A stretch of 64,000 bases of DNA from Candidatus Shapirobacteria bacterium (GTDB taxonomy: Bacteria > Patescibacteriota > Microgenomatia > PFEM01 > JBDRBL01), in the NCBI GenBank assembly GCA_043822685.1, contig JBDRBL010000003.1, forward strand, positions 4,659 through 68,658, given 5' to 3'. Numbering within the stretch: position 1 is the first letter of the stretch; each line of letters opens with the position of its first letter. The notes beneath the pieces were generated by a model, which ran no database searches, had not been told where the DNA came from, and saw nothing but the letters and a program-made list of their open reading frames with translations. Position numbers and translations under genes: made by a program. Of this stretch, positions 25,606 through 33,039 are shown piece by piece.

Positions 25606-27944
25606 ATATGGAATTGATTGACAATTTTCTTAATCGTTTGCTTTCTTGGCTGGTGATTTTAGCGACGGTGGCGCTGGTTGCCGGGGCGTTGGCCTTGGTT
25701 TTTTACGCTTTTTTTGTCTGGTGGAAATATCGTCGTCGCGAAAAACAATCCCTAGAATATTTGATACTTCAAATTGCCGTACCTCATGATAATGAGATTA
25801 AAATTGATGCCGCCGAGCAGATGTTTGCTTCCCTGGCTTCCATAAAAAAAGGTGGCTGGTTTTCTTTTTTACGCCCCCAGCCGCACCTTGCTTTTGAAAT
25901 TTTGGCTAAACACGAGGATATTTGTTTTTATCTTTCGGTTCATCGCAAGATGCGCGATTTGGTGGAAAAACAAATTTATGGTGCCTATCCCGATGCCAAA
26001 TTGCTCGAAGTTGAGGAGCCCACGATTTTTACTCAAAACGGCAAAGTTGCTTTTGCCGAGATGCAGTTTCGCTCGAGTGCCTACCTTCCCCTCAAGGTTT
26101 ACAAAGATCTTCCTACTGACCCTCTTTCGGCGATTACCGCGGTGATGGCCAAGATGGGTGAGGAGGAGGGGGCGGTGATTCAAATTTTAATCTCTCCCGC
26201 CGACGGTAAGTGGAGAAACAAGGGCCATGCTTATGTTTCTCGTATCAAGAAGAACGAAAGTAATCCGGAGAAGGCTAAATTTGCTGTTGACCCCAAGGAT
26301 TTGGAGGCGATTGAGAATAAGTGTTCCAAGCCCGGTTTCAAAACTTACCTGCGTTTTGTTGTCTGCGCCCCCGATTTAGAGCAGGCTAATGCTCATTTAG
26401 GCAATCTTAAAAGCGCCTTTTCTCAATTTGATTCTCATCTTAACAGCTTCAAAAGCAAAAAAACATGGCTTAAGAAATCCTTTATGCTCGACTTTATTTA
26501 TCGCTATCAGCCGCGCTGGACATGGCGTACCAATAGCGCTATTTTAAATTCAGAGGAGTTGGCCACGGTTTTTCACTTGCCTAACAAACAAGTGGAAACG
26601 CCCCACCTGCGCTGGGTTTATTCCAAACGTTCCCCGGCACCGATTAATATTCCCACCGGCGGTTTATTGCTGGGTCGTAATGTTTTTCGCGGGGTTACCC
26701 GGCCGGTCTATCTCACCGACTCCGATCGCCGCCGGCACATCTATATTATTGGCCGTACCGGCGTCGGCAAAACAGAACTAATGCGCGATCTGATTTTGCA
26801 GGATATTCGTTCGGGTAAGGGAGTTTGCCTGATTGATCCTCATGATATTGCCGAGGATATTCTTAATTTTATCCCGCCGGAGAGAGCCGAAGACGTGATT
26901 TATTTTGATCCTTCCGACGAAGAGCGGCCGCTAGGTTTAAATTTACTCGAAGCGCACACTGAACAACAAAAGCACTTTGTGACCACCGGTATTATTAATT
27001 TAATGTATAAGCTTTTTGATCCTTATAAAACAGGAATTGTCGGGCCGCGCTTTGAACACGGAGTGAGAAACGCAATGTTGACGGTCATGTCCGAGCCGGG
27101 GGCTACTTTTATCGAGGTCGTTCGGATTATGACCGATTCCCGTCTGGTCCAGGAATACCTGCCTAAAGTTACCGACGCTATGGTGCGCCGCTATTGGACT
27201 GATCAAATTGCCCAAACCTCTGATTTTCACAAGTCCGAGGTTTTGGACTACACCGTTTCCAAGTTCGGTCGTTTCGTTACCAATAAAATGATGCGGAATA
27301 TCATTGGTCAATCAGAGTCTTCTTTTGATTTCCGCAAAGTTACGGATGAGGGAAAAATCTTGATTATTAATTTGGCTAAAGGTAAATTGGGGGAGGAAAA
27401 TTCTAATTTTTTGGGCCCGATTTTGGTGCCGAAGATTCTTATGGCGGCGATGTCGCGCCAAGACACTCCCGAGGAACAGCGGAAAGACTTTTATTTATAT
27501 GTGGATGAGTTTCAAAACTTTGCCACGCCTGATTTTGCCCAAATTTTGTCCGAGGCGCGCAAGTATCGGCTTAATTTGTGCGTTGCCAACCAATTTATTG
27601 GTCAAATGGAGGAGGAAGTTAAAAACGCGGTTTTTGGCAACGTTGGAACATTGATTTCTTTTAATATTGGGGTCACGGATGCCAACTTTTTGCAGCATTG
27701 GTTTGCACCTACCTTCGGGGAGGATGACCTGATTAACATCGAAAAATATAACGCCTATATCAAAACAATCGTTAAGAGCGAGCCTCAACCGCCTTTCTCG
27801 ATGGATTTATCTAAAGATATGGCGGAACTTAATCGCCAGCGCAATCCACGCGTTTCGGAGATGATCAAACAGCTTTCCCGGCTCAAGTATGGCCGCGCCA
27901 GAGAGGTTGTTGAGGCGCAAATTACCCAGCGGGCAAGATTATAG
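25602..27944 (+). CDS. membrane-anchored P-loop ATPase of the type IV secretion type (VirD4/TraD coupling-protein or VirB4-like; FtsK/HerA superfamily)
   Basis: N-terminal TM; Walker A IGRTGVGKT; Walker B-like YLYVDEFQNF; 780 aa. Confidence 0.5.
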   Translation: MNMELIDNFLNRLLSWLVILATVALVAGALALVFYAFFVWWKYRRREKQSLEYLILQIAVPHDNEIKIDAAEQMFASLASIKKGGWFSFLRPQPHLAFEILAKHEDICFYLSVHRKMRDLVEKQIYGAYPDAKLLEVEEPTIFTQNGKVAFAEMQFRSSAYLPLKVYKDLPTDPLSAITAVMAKMGEEEGAVIQILISPADGKWRNKGHAYVSRIKKNESNPEKAKFAVDPKDLEAIENKCSKPGFKTYLRFVVCAPDLEQANAHLGNLKSAFSQFDSHLNSFKSKKTWLKKSFMLDFIYRYQPRWTWRTNSAILNSEELATVFHLPNKQVETPHLRWVYSKRSPAPINIPTGGLLLGRNVFRGVTRPVYLTDSDRRRHIYIIGRTGVGKTELMRDLILQDIRSGKGVCLIDPHDIAEDILNFIPPERAEDVIYFDPSDEERPLGLNLLEAHTEQQKHFVTTGIINLMYKLFDPYKTGIVGPRFEHGVRNAMLTVMSEPGATFIEVVRIMTDSRLVQEYLPKVTDAMVRRYWTDQIAQTSDFHKSEVLDYTVSKFGRFVTNKMMRNIIGQSESSFDFRKVTDEGKILIINLAKGKLGEENSNFLGPILVPKILMAAMSRQDTPEEQRKDFYLYVDEFQNFATPDFAQILSEARKYRLNLCVANQFIGQMEEEVKNAVFGNVGTLISFNIGVTDANFLQHWFAPTFGEDDLINIEKYNAYIKTIVKSEPQPPFSMDLSKDMAELNRQRNPRVSEMIKQLSRLKYGRAREVVEAQITQRARL

Positions 27945-27962
27945 AACAATTTTTAATCAATT

Positions 27963-27979
27963 CCTGCCTTGCTGGCAGG
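27963..27979 (+). terminator. hairpin CCTGCC-ttgct-GGCAGG after the ATPase gene; possible terminator (U-tract displaced)
   Basis: inverted repeat read from the sequence, followed by an AT-rich region. Confidence 0.3.
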
Positions 27980-28275
27980 CAGGTTAAATATCAAATTTTT
28001 AAACTGTCCGAATAATTTTTAATTCTTTCATAATTTGGTTTGTCATTGTAAAAAACTCATTTTTGGAGAGCAAAGATTTGGATTTTTCGTCTAATTTTTT
28101 CTCAAAATTTTCTCCGATTTTATCAAGATCATGTTTGGTGATGATCATGATTTAATTGAAAGATAATCTCTGGGAGAAGTCAAGATAATTTGTTGCCACT
28201 TTGACAAAGTAGTCATTAGTTGATAAACTGAACAGTAGTAGATAGTTTTTATGGGTTTAGTTTTATTGTTCGATA

Positions 28276-28956
28276 ATGACTCGAGTAATTGATCGGCGTA
28301 AAGCCATCTATTTTCGTCAGCAGGGTAAGACTTACAGTGAAATTAAAAAAGAATTAAATCTTTCCAAAAGCACTCTTTCTGGTTGGTTAAGTAAATATCC
28401 ACTCACTCGAGAACAACTTGAGAAGGTAAAATCTAGAATTAATTTTAAAAAGAATTTGGCTGTTGAAAAATGTCGTCTTACTAAACTAAACAAATGGAAA
28501 AATCGACTTAAACAAACTTATGAAAACGAAAAAAATAGGTTGTTGAATCTGACGGAAAAAGAGTTATATATTGCTGGTTTGTTCTTATATTGGGGAGAAG
28601 GATCAAAAGCAATAAAAAATGCTATTTCTCTTAATAACACTGATCCCAAAGTGGTTAAATTTTATTTATTTTGGCTGACCAAAATTCTCCACTTTGATAG
28701 AAACAAAATTAGAGTTCAAGTTCATCTCTACGATGATATGAATATCAAGCGTTCTTTAGATTACTGGAGCAGGGAATTGAGGATGCCTATGAACCAATTT
28801 GCTAGACCATATATAAAAAAGAGCAAAAGAATTGAGGTTGACCAAAAGGGTTTTGGGCACGGCACTTGTACCTTAAGAATAGGCAACGTTCTTCTTAAGG
28901 AGAAGATTCTTATGGGGATAGAAGCGATTGCTGATCATTATAACCAAAAAATTTGA
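28276..28956 (+). CDS. HTH-domain protein with a C-terminal region weakly resembling a LAGLIDADG endonuclease fold; hypothetical, low GC
   Basis: N-terminal GKTYSEIKKELNLSKSTLSGWL HTH; YIAGLFLYWGEGSK resembles a LAGLIDADG motif with an insertion; AT-rich codon usage. Confidence 0.35.
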   Translation: MTRVIDRRKAIYFRQQGKTYSEIKKELNLSKSTLSGWLSKYPLTREQLEKVKSRINFKKNLAVEKCRLTKLNKWKNRLKQTYENEKNRLLNLTEKELYIAGLFLYWGEGSKAIKNAISLNNTDPKVVKFYLFWLTKILHFDRNKIRVQVHLYDDMNIKRSLDYWSRELRMPMNQFARPYIKKSKRIEVDQKGFGHGTCTLRIGNVLLKEKILMGIEAIADHYNQKI

Positions 28957-28971
28957 TAAAATACGCTTTAG

Positions 28972-29044
28972 GGGGCGGTAGCTCAATGGTGGAGCGGCAT
29001 CCTTATAAGATGAAGGCTTGATGGTTCGAATCCATCCCGCCCCA
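28972..29044 (+). tRNA. tRNA with UAU anticodon (reads AUA; Ile)
   Basis: manual cloverleaf fold: 7-bp acceptor GGGGCGG/CCGCCCC, D-stem GCTC/GAGC, anticodon loop CUUAUAA, T-arm GATGG-TTCGAAT-CCATC, discriminator A; a G27-A43 mismatch and a 6-nt variable loop make the fold imperfect. Confidence 0.65.
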
Positions 29045-29056
29045 CAGAAATGGATT

Positions 29057-29135
29057 TTTCGGCGAGTCAGAGATGGCGCTCGCCGCGCCCGCTCCCGCCC
29101 CCCCCCACACGCAGCGCTACCTTCACGCTCGGCCT
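29057..29135. repeat. GC-rich element A with an internal hairpin; imperfect direct repeat of element B at 30075-30125
   Basis: shares GGCGAG-N4-5-AGATGGCGC, TCGCCGCGC and GCGCTACCTT blocks with element B; GC-rich in an otherwise AT-rich stretch. Confidence 0.4.
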
Positions 29136-29404
29136 TCAGTCTCGTAAAAAGTCGGCTCGGTCAGTCCTTTCTTAAAAAGAAATGATCTCAAAGAAAAACG
29201 CAAAAATTTTAAAGAACTAAATCGATAAACTTTAAAGGCGCAACCGGTGGAACCAACTAAGAATCGCTTCTTGTTGTCCGATTGCGCCATTGAAAAAGCG
29301 ATTCCCTAAAAGTTGGTTCCAAATATCAATATACCAAATTCCTAAGGATTTTGGTATACTCATTTCAATATAAGTACAAGTTTAGAAAGAGAGGAGGTGA
29401 AAAT

Positions 29405-29986
29405 ATGCAAGAAGCTAGCAATAAAGAGCCTGTCAACAGTAATTTAGGCGATATTTTACAAAGGTCGCGTGGCGAGACCGATGCTGCTTTGAATGCAAAG
29501 GAGGTAGCAGAACAAGCTGAGCGAGATAGACAATCGGCAATTGATCAAGCATTGAGAAATATGGTTAGCAATAAGGACTTATTAAAATTTCTCAAGGCAA
29601 GAGATAAAGCGGTTACCTTGGTAGAGGGTAAACAGAAAACAGTTAATGCAGGAAAACCACTTGTAGAAATTACTGGTAATGGAAGAATAATAATTTCCCA
29701 CAGGAATTGGAAGGACGGAAGTGTCAGGGCAACTGATAGTTATGGGCTTGTCGATGTCAACGACCCAAATAGTAGAGTAAACTCTGACCAAATGGAGTAT
29801 CTTAATAGATTTGTTGTGGATGGAAAAGCGTTTATATTAAAATCTACAAGCAGTGCAATTAGTCCTAAAGTAGGTGATTTCCTTGCAGCAACCTATTTAG
29901 GTAATGATGTTTTGGGAACAAATATAACTGCAGACCATATAAGCCGATCGCTGACAGCAGGGGTTACAGAGCTCGCTAATAAGTAA
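29405..29986 (+). CDS. hypothetical protein (193 aa), low-GC, apparently strongly expressed orphan
   Basis: start reassigned to the ATG at 29405 preceded by a very strong SD AGAGGAGGTGA and a TG-extended -10 TGGTATACT; no signal peptide; flanked by elements A and B. Confidence 0.5.
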   Translation: MQEASNKEPVNSNLGDILQRSRGETDAALNAKEVAEQAERDRQSAIDQALRNMVSNKDLLKFLKARDKAVTLVEGKQKTVNAGKPLVEITGNGRIIISHRNWKDGSVRATDSYGLVDVNDPNSRVNSDQMEYLNRFVVDGKAFILKSTSSAISPKVGDFLAATYLGNDVLGTNITADHISRSLTAGVTELANK

Positions 29987-30074
29987 GTGAAATTATTAAA
30001 ACTCGGCGGAGCCGAGCAAAAATCGCGCGCGAAACATAAGCGAGGCCGAAGGCCCCTCCAGAGGCGGGCAGGCG

Positions 30075-30125
30075 AGCGTGAAGATGGCGCGGCGAGTGGG
30101 CGGCGGCACTCGCCGCGCTACCTTT
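30075..30125. repeat. GC-rich element B with a perfect 10-bp hairpin (GCGCGGCGAG...CTCGCCGCGC); partner of element A
   Basis: direct sequence comparison with 29057-29135. Confidence 0.4.
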
Positions 30126-30166
30126 GAAACTCAGTTCGAATTTTTTCGTAAAGAGTCCACTCCGTT

Positions 30167-31036
30167 TTACAACTCTTCCAATTTGACGTTTTCTTTGACC
30201 TTGTTCTCCACCAGTTTTAAGTATTTTTCGGTGGTGGAAAGCCTTTTGTGGCCAACCAGTTGCTGCAAAGTTACCACTGGGGCTCCGGCCGCCAACTGGT
30301 GAGCAATAAAAGTGTGCCGCAAGTCATTAACCGTGGCATTTTTGACTTCTGCGATTCGGAAGTAGCGATCAATGGCGGCTCTGATATTGCGCACCAGCAA
30401 TTGTTTGCCGGTTTTGGTTACAAAGATACTCTGACACTTTGCCATCGACCGATGGTTTAAGTATTTTTCCAGCGCTTTTTTGACTGAATCGTTTAATGGG
30501 ACGAGCCTTTCTTGGTGTCCTTCAAACGGCCGAACTCTCAAGCGATTTTCTTGCACATCAGCCAATTCCAGCCTCGCCAGCTCACTGATTCGTAAACCTG
30601 TTTGCAGTAAAATTTCAATTACGGCGGCTATTCGGACATCTCCTCGTGCCGCATCTCGTAAGGCTCGATATTCCATTTTGGATAACACTCTGGGTGCTTT
30701 TGATTCATAGCGCGGATAGGCCACCGTCTGGGTTGGATTTTCGCGAATTACTCCTTGTTGGGTTAAAAATCGAAAAAAAGTTTTGATTGAATTTAACTTT
30801 CGAGAAATTGATTTGGCAATGTATTTCTTTTGCGTGAGATCTTTTTTAAACTCTTCGATTGTTGCCGCGGTTACCTGGTCGACCTTGTCGATTTCTTTAG
30901 CCGCCAGAAATTTATTCAACTGCTCAACATCTTTTCCGTATGCTAAAATAGTTGCTGAAGCGCGGCCCTGTTTTTTTAGTTCGCTAACAAAGTTATTTTG
31001 GGCAACTATTAATAATACTTTCTCGTTTTCGTTCAT
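30167..31036 (-). CDS. tyrosine site-specific recombinase (XerC/XerD / phage-integrase family)
   Basis: C-terminal catalytic LRHTFIAHQL...GHKRLSTTEKY (R..HxxR..Y) and an N-terminal SAM-like domain. Confidence 0.8.
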   Translation of the reverse strand: MNENEKVLLIVAQNNFVSELKKQGRASATILAYGKDVEQLNKFLAAKEIDKVDQVTAATIEEFKKDLTQKKYIAKSISRKLNSIKTFFRFLTQQGVIRENPTQTVAYPRYESKAPRVLSKMEYRALRDAARGDVRIAAVIEILLQTGLRISELARLELADVQENRLRVRPFEGHQERLVPLNDSVKKALEKYLNHRSMAKCQSIFVTKTGKQLLVRNIRAAIDRYFRIAEVKNATVNDLRHTFIAHQLAAGAPVVTLQQLVGHKRLSTTEKYLKLVENKVKENVKLEEL

Positions 31037-31095
31037 GAAGTTGCAAGCAGTTGGCCCATAATAACACCGAGAGGGTTGGCTGTCAATTGGAAAAA

Positions 31096-31434
31096 ATGAA
31101 GCGTTTGATCAAATATATTATTTTTTTTGGCGGTATTGTCGTAATTATTGGCTTGTCAAAAGATATTCTGCGCTTGCTTAAAGTGGGAGACGAAGTTAAA
31201 ATTGCCGAGCAAAAAGTTTTTGACTTAAAGCAAAAAAATCAGGAACTCAAAGCGCAACTGGACTACTACCAGTCTGATGAGTTTGTGGAAAAAGAAGCTC
31301 GCAATAAGCTCAACTTGGTTCGTCCGGGTGAAACGATTATTGTTTTACCTCTTGATTACGGCGGAAAAGCCTCTTCCTTTGAACATCCTGACCCGCCCAA
31401 TTATCTCAAATGGTGGCGATTGTTTTTTGAGTAG
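31096..31434 (+). CDS. septum formation initiator FtsB/DivIC family
   Basis: TM + coiled coil + EARNKLNLVRPGE motif; start taken at the internal ATG 31096 (MKRLIKY). Confidence 0.6.
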   Translation: MKRLIKYIIFFGGIVVIIGLSKDILRLLKVGDEVKIAEQKVFDLKQKNQELKAQLDYYQSDEFVEKEARNKLNLVRPGETIIVLPLDYGGKASSFEHPDPPNYLKWWRLFFE

Positions 31435-31505
31435 CAGGGGAGGGAATCGAACCCTCGACCTCGGCGTTATGAATGCCGCGCTCTTACCAACTGAGCTACC
31501 CTGCC
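31432..31505 (-). tRNA. tRNA-Met (CAU anticodon; elongator-type, could be Ile2/lysidine)
   Basis: manual cloverleaf on the minus strand: acceptor GGCAGGG with a G1-U72 wobble, anticodon loop UUCAUAA, T-loop TTCGATT. Confidence 0.7.
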
Positions 31506-31534
31506 AAATTAGTCGTTAGTCAGAATCAAGGCTG

Positions 31535-31563
31535 ATTATAGCAATAAAAAAATCCCGAAACAA
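31535..31563 (-). promoter_or_regulatory. promoter for tRNA-Met (minus strand)
   Basis: TATAAT about 29 nt upstream of the mature 5-prime end, TTGTTT -35 with a 17-nt spacer (read on the minus strand). Confidence 0.45.
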
Positions 31564-31579
31564 TTTCGAGGTGAATGTG

Positions 31580-31649
31580 TTGCGGGGCCGGGAGTCGCAC
31601 CCGGTCTGCGAGATTATGAGCCTCGCGTGCAACGGTACACTACCCCGCG
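31580..31649 (-). tRNA. tRNA with CAU anticodon, initiator-like (C1:A72 mismatch)
   Basis: manual cloverleaf: acceptor CGCGGGG/CCCCGCA with C1-A72 unpaired, anticodon loop CUCAUAA, unusual T-loop TGCGACT, 70 nt. Confidence 0.55.
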
Positions 31650-31674
31650 CGTCAGTCTTTAGTCAGACAAGGGG

Positions 31675-31703
31675 ATTATACCTTTTGACTGGGGATTTGA
31701 CAA
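31675..31703 (-). promoter_or_regulatory. consensus sigma70 promoter for the initiator-like tRNA
   Basis: TTGTCA -35, 17-nt spacer, TATAAT -10 about 25 nt upstream of the tRNA 5-prime end (minus strand). Confidence 0.55.
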
Positions 31704-31885
31704 GAGCAGGGGAAGGGAGTTAAAATAAAGCAATTGAAAATTGAGTAAAAGCTTTGAGAGAGCGGGTTGGAGCTCTTGAATAGCTGTTGGGAGGAAATGC
31801 CCGGCCGGAAGCGAAACCGTACAAATCTCGCTGCGTGTGTCGTAAGCCAACGGAGCACGAAGGAAATAAATGATTTTCTTTGCGT

Positions 31886-31907
31886 CCCCGTTGAGGGGAT
31901 TTTTTTG
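31886..31907 (+). terminator. rho-independent terminator (plus strand)
   Basis: TCCCC-gttga-GGGGA hairpin followed by TTTTTTT. Confidence 0.55.
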
Positions 31908-31910
31908 TGA

Positions 31911-31984
31911 GGGGGTGTGGTTAAGTGGTATAACACGGGTCTCCAAAACCTGTATCGGGAGTTCGATTCTCTCCACCCCCGCCA
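31911..31984 (+). tRNA. tRNA-Trp (CCA anticodon) with encoded 3-prime CCA
   Basis: manual cloverleaf: acceptor GGGGGTG/CACCCCC, anticodon loop CUCCAAA, T-loop TTCGATT, discriminator G then CCA. Confidence 0.85.
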
Positions 31985-31997
31985 AGAAAGGAAAAAA

Positions 31998-32999
31998 ATG
32001 ATTAAAATTAAAAAACGGATTCTTACCGGCGATACGCCGACGGGGAAATTGCATCTTGGTCATTATGTGGGCACGTTGGAAAATCGGGTTAAATTGCAAC
32101 ACGAGTACGAAACCTATATTTTATTGGCCAATGTTCACGCTTTTGACAATTTTTATAACGATCCTGAGCGGATCAATCGGGATGTTTATAATGTTTTTTT
32201 AGACAATTTGGCCGTGGGTATTGATCCCAATATTGCTACGATTTATTTGGAATCAGGGATCCCGGAAACCTACGAACTTTACAGTTTGTTTTTGGCCATG
32301 GTCAAGCATTCTGTAGTAATTCGCAACCCCTCGGTTAAGGACGAAATTAAATATAAAAAACTCGATCCCTCCATTGGTTTTGTCGTGTATCCCGTTTTAC
32401 AAGCGGCCGATATTTTGGGTTTTAATGCCGATCTAGTGCCGGTTGGGGAGGATCAGTTGCCCATTATTGAGCAAACTCGCGAAATTGCTCGCGCTTTTAA
32501 TCGGACTTTTGGGGAAACTTTTGTAGTGCCTCAAGCCAAGGTTGGTCGGGTAGCTCGACTGGTTGGCACTGACGGTCAAACCAAGATGAGCAAGGGTGGC
32601 GGCAACGCGATTCTTTTATCTGATGATGAAAAGACTTTAAAGCAGAAGATTATGGCCTGTTATACCGATCCCAACAGAATTCATGCTTCTGATCTGGGAA
32701 AAGTGGAAGGTAACCCTATTTTTGTTTATCATCAAGCCTTTAATCCCAATAAAGATGAAGTAGCCGATTTGGAGGCACGATATCGAACTGGCAAGGTTGG
32801 CGATGTTGAGGTCAAAGAAAAATTGTTTACTGCTCTAAATAATTTTCTCATGCCGATCAGAGAAAAAAGAAAATATTACGAAGACAGACCTCGCTTGGCC
32901 AAAGAAATTTTGGTTGAAGGAACCAAGCGCGCTCGGAAAGTTGTCCAAGCGACTTTGGAACGAGTCAGAGAGAAGACTCAAATAAACAAGCTTATTTAG
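31998..32999 (+). CDS. trpS: tryptophanyl-tRNA synthetase
   Basis: class I HIGH-type motif TGKLHLGHY, KMSKGG (KMSKS); start moved to the ATG at 31998, because the track ORF starts inside the tRNA-Trp gene. Confidence 0.85.
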   Translation: MIKIKKRILTGDTPTGKLHLGHYVGTLENRVKLQHEYETYILLANVHAFDNFYNDPERINRDVYNVFLDNLAVGIDPNIATIYLESGIPETYELYSLFLAMVKHSVVIRNPSVKDEIKYKKLDPSIGFVVYPVLQAADILGFNADLVPVGEDQLPIIEQTREIARAFNRTFGETFVVPQAKVGRVARLVGTDGQTKMSKGGGNAILLSDDEKTLKQKIMACYTDPNRIHASDLGKVEGNPIFVYHQAFNPNKDEVADLEARYRTGKVGDVEVKEKLFTALNNFLMPIREKRKYYEDRPRLAKEILVEGTKRARKVVQATLERVREKTQINKLI

Positions 33000-33000
33000 A

Positions 33001-33029
33001 TTGGCAAAAAAGCCTTGTTTGTGCTAAAA
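33001..33029 (+). promoter_or_regulatory. sigma70-like promoter upstream of ftsH
   Basis: TTGGCA, 18-nt spacer, TAAAAT; the ATG at 33040 follows within about 10 nt (leaderless-type). Confidence 0.4.
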
Positions 33030-33039
33030 TGACTTCCTA

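Noticed and set aside
29045-31040. Integron (intI-attI-cassette-attC) interpretation of the recombinase plus repeat-flanked orphan gene
   Set aside because: Orientation is wrong for an integron: the cassette gene points toward a convergent recombinase, and there is no divergent intI/attI/Pc arrangement. The GC-rich elements also lack the R/L core-site organisation of attC. Kept only as a generic cassette or att-like hypothesis.
31650-31910. T-box riboswitch upstream of trpS
   Set aside because: I looked for the conserved T-box sequence (AGGGUGGNACCGCG-like) and a specifier/antiterminator arrangement and found none. Also the tRNA gene, not the synthetase, directly follows the terminator.
31659-32102. 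Minus-strand ORFs 31659-32102 and 31676-31936
   Set aside because: They overlap tRNA-Trp, the terminator and the trpS 5-prime end on the opposite strand, and have low-complexity translation. They are treated as non-coding; the region is flagged as a candidate sRNA instead.
31917-32999. trpS ORF start at 31917
   Set aside because: That start lies inside the tRNA-Trp gene (31911-31984). The canonical MIKIKKRILTGDTPTGKLHLGHY start at 31998 with a purine-rich leader is used instead.
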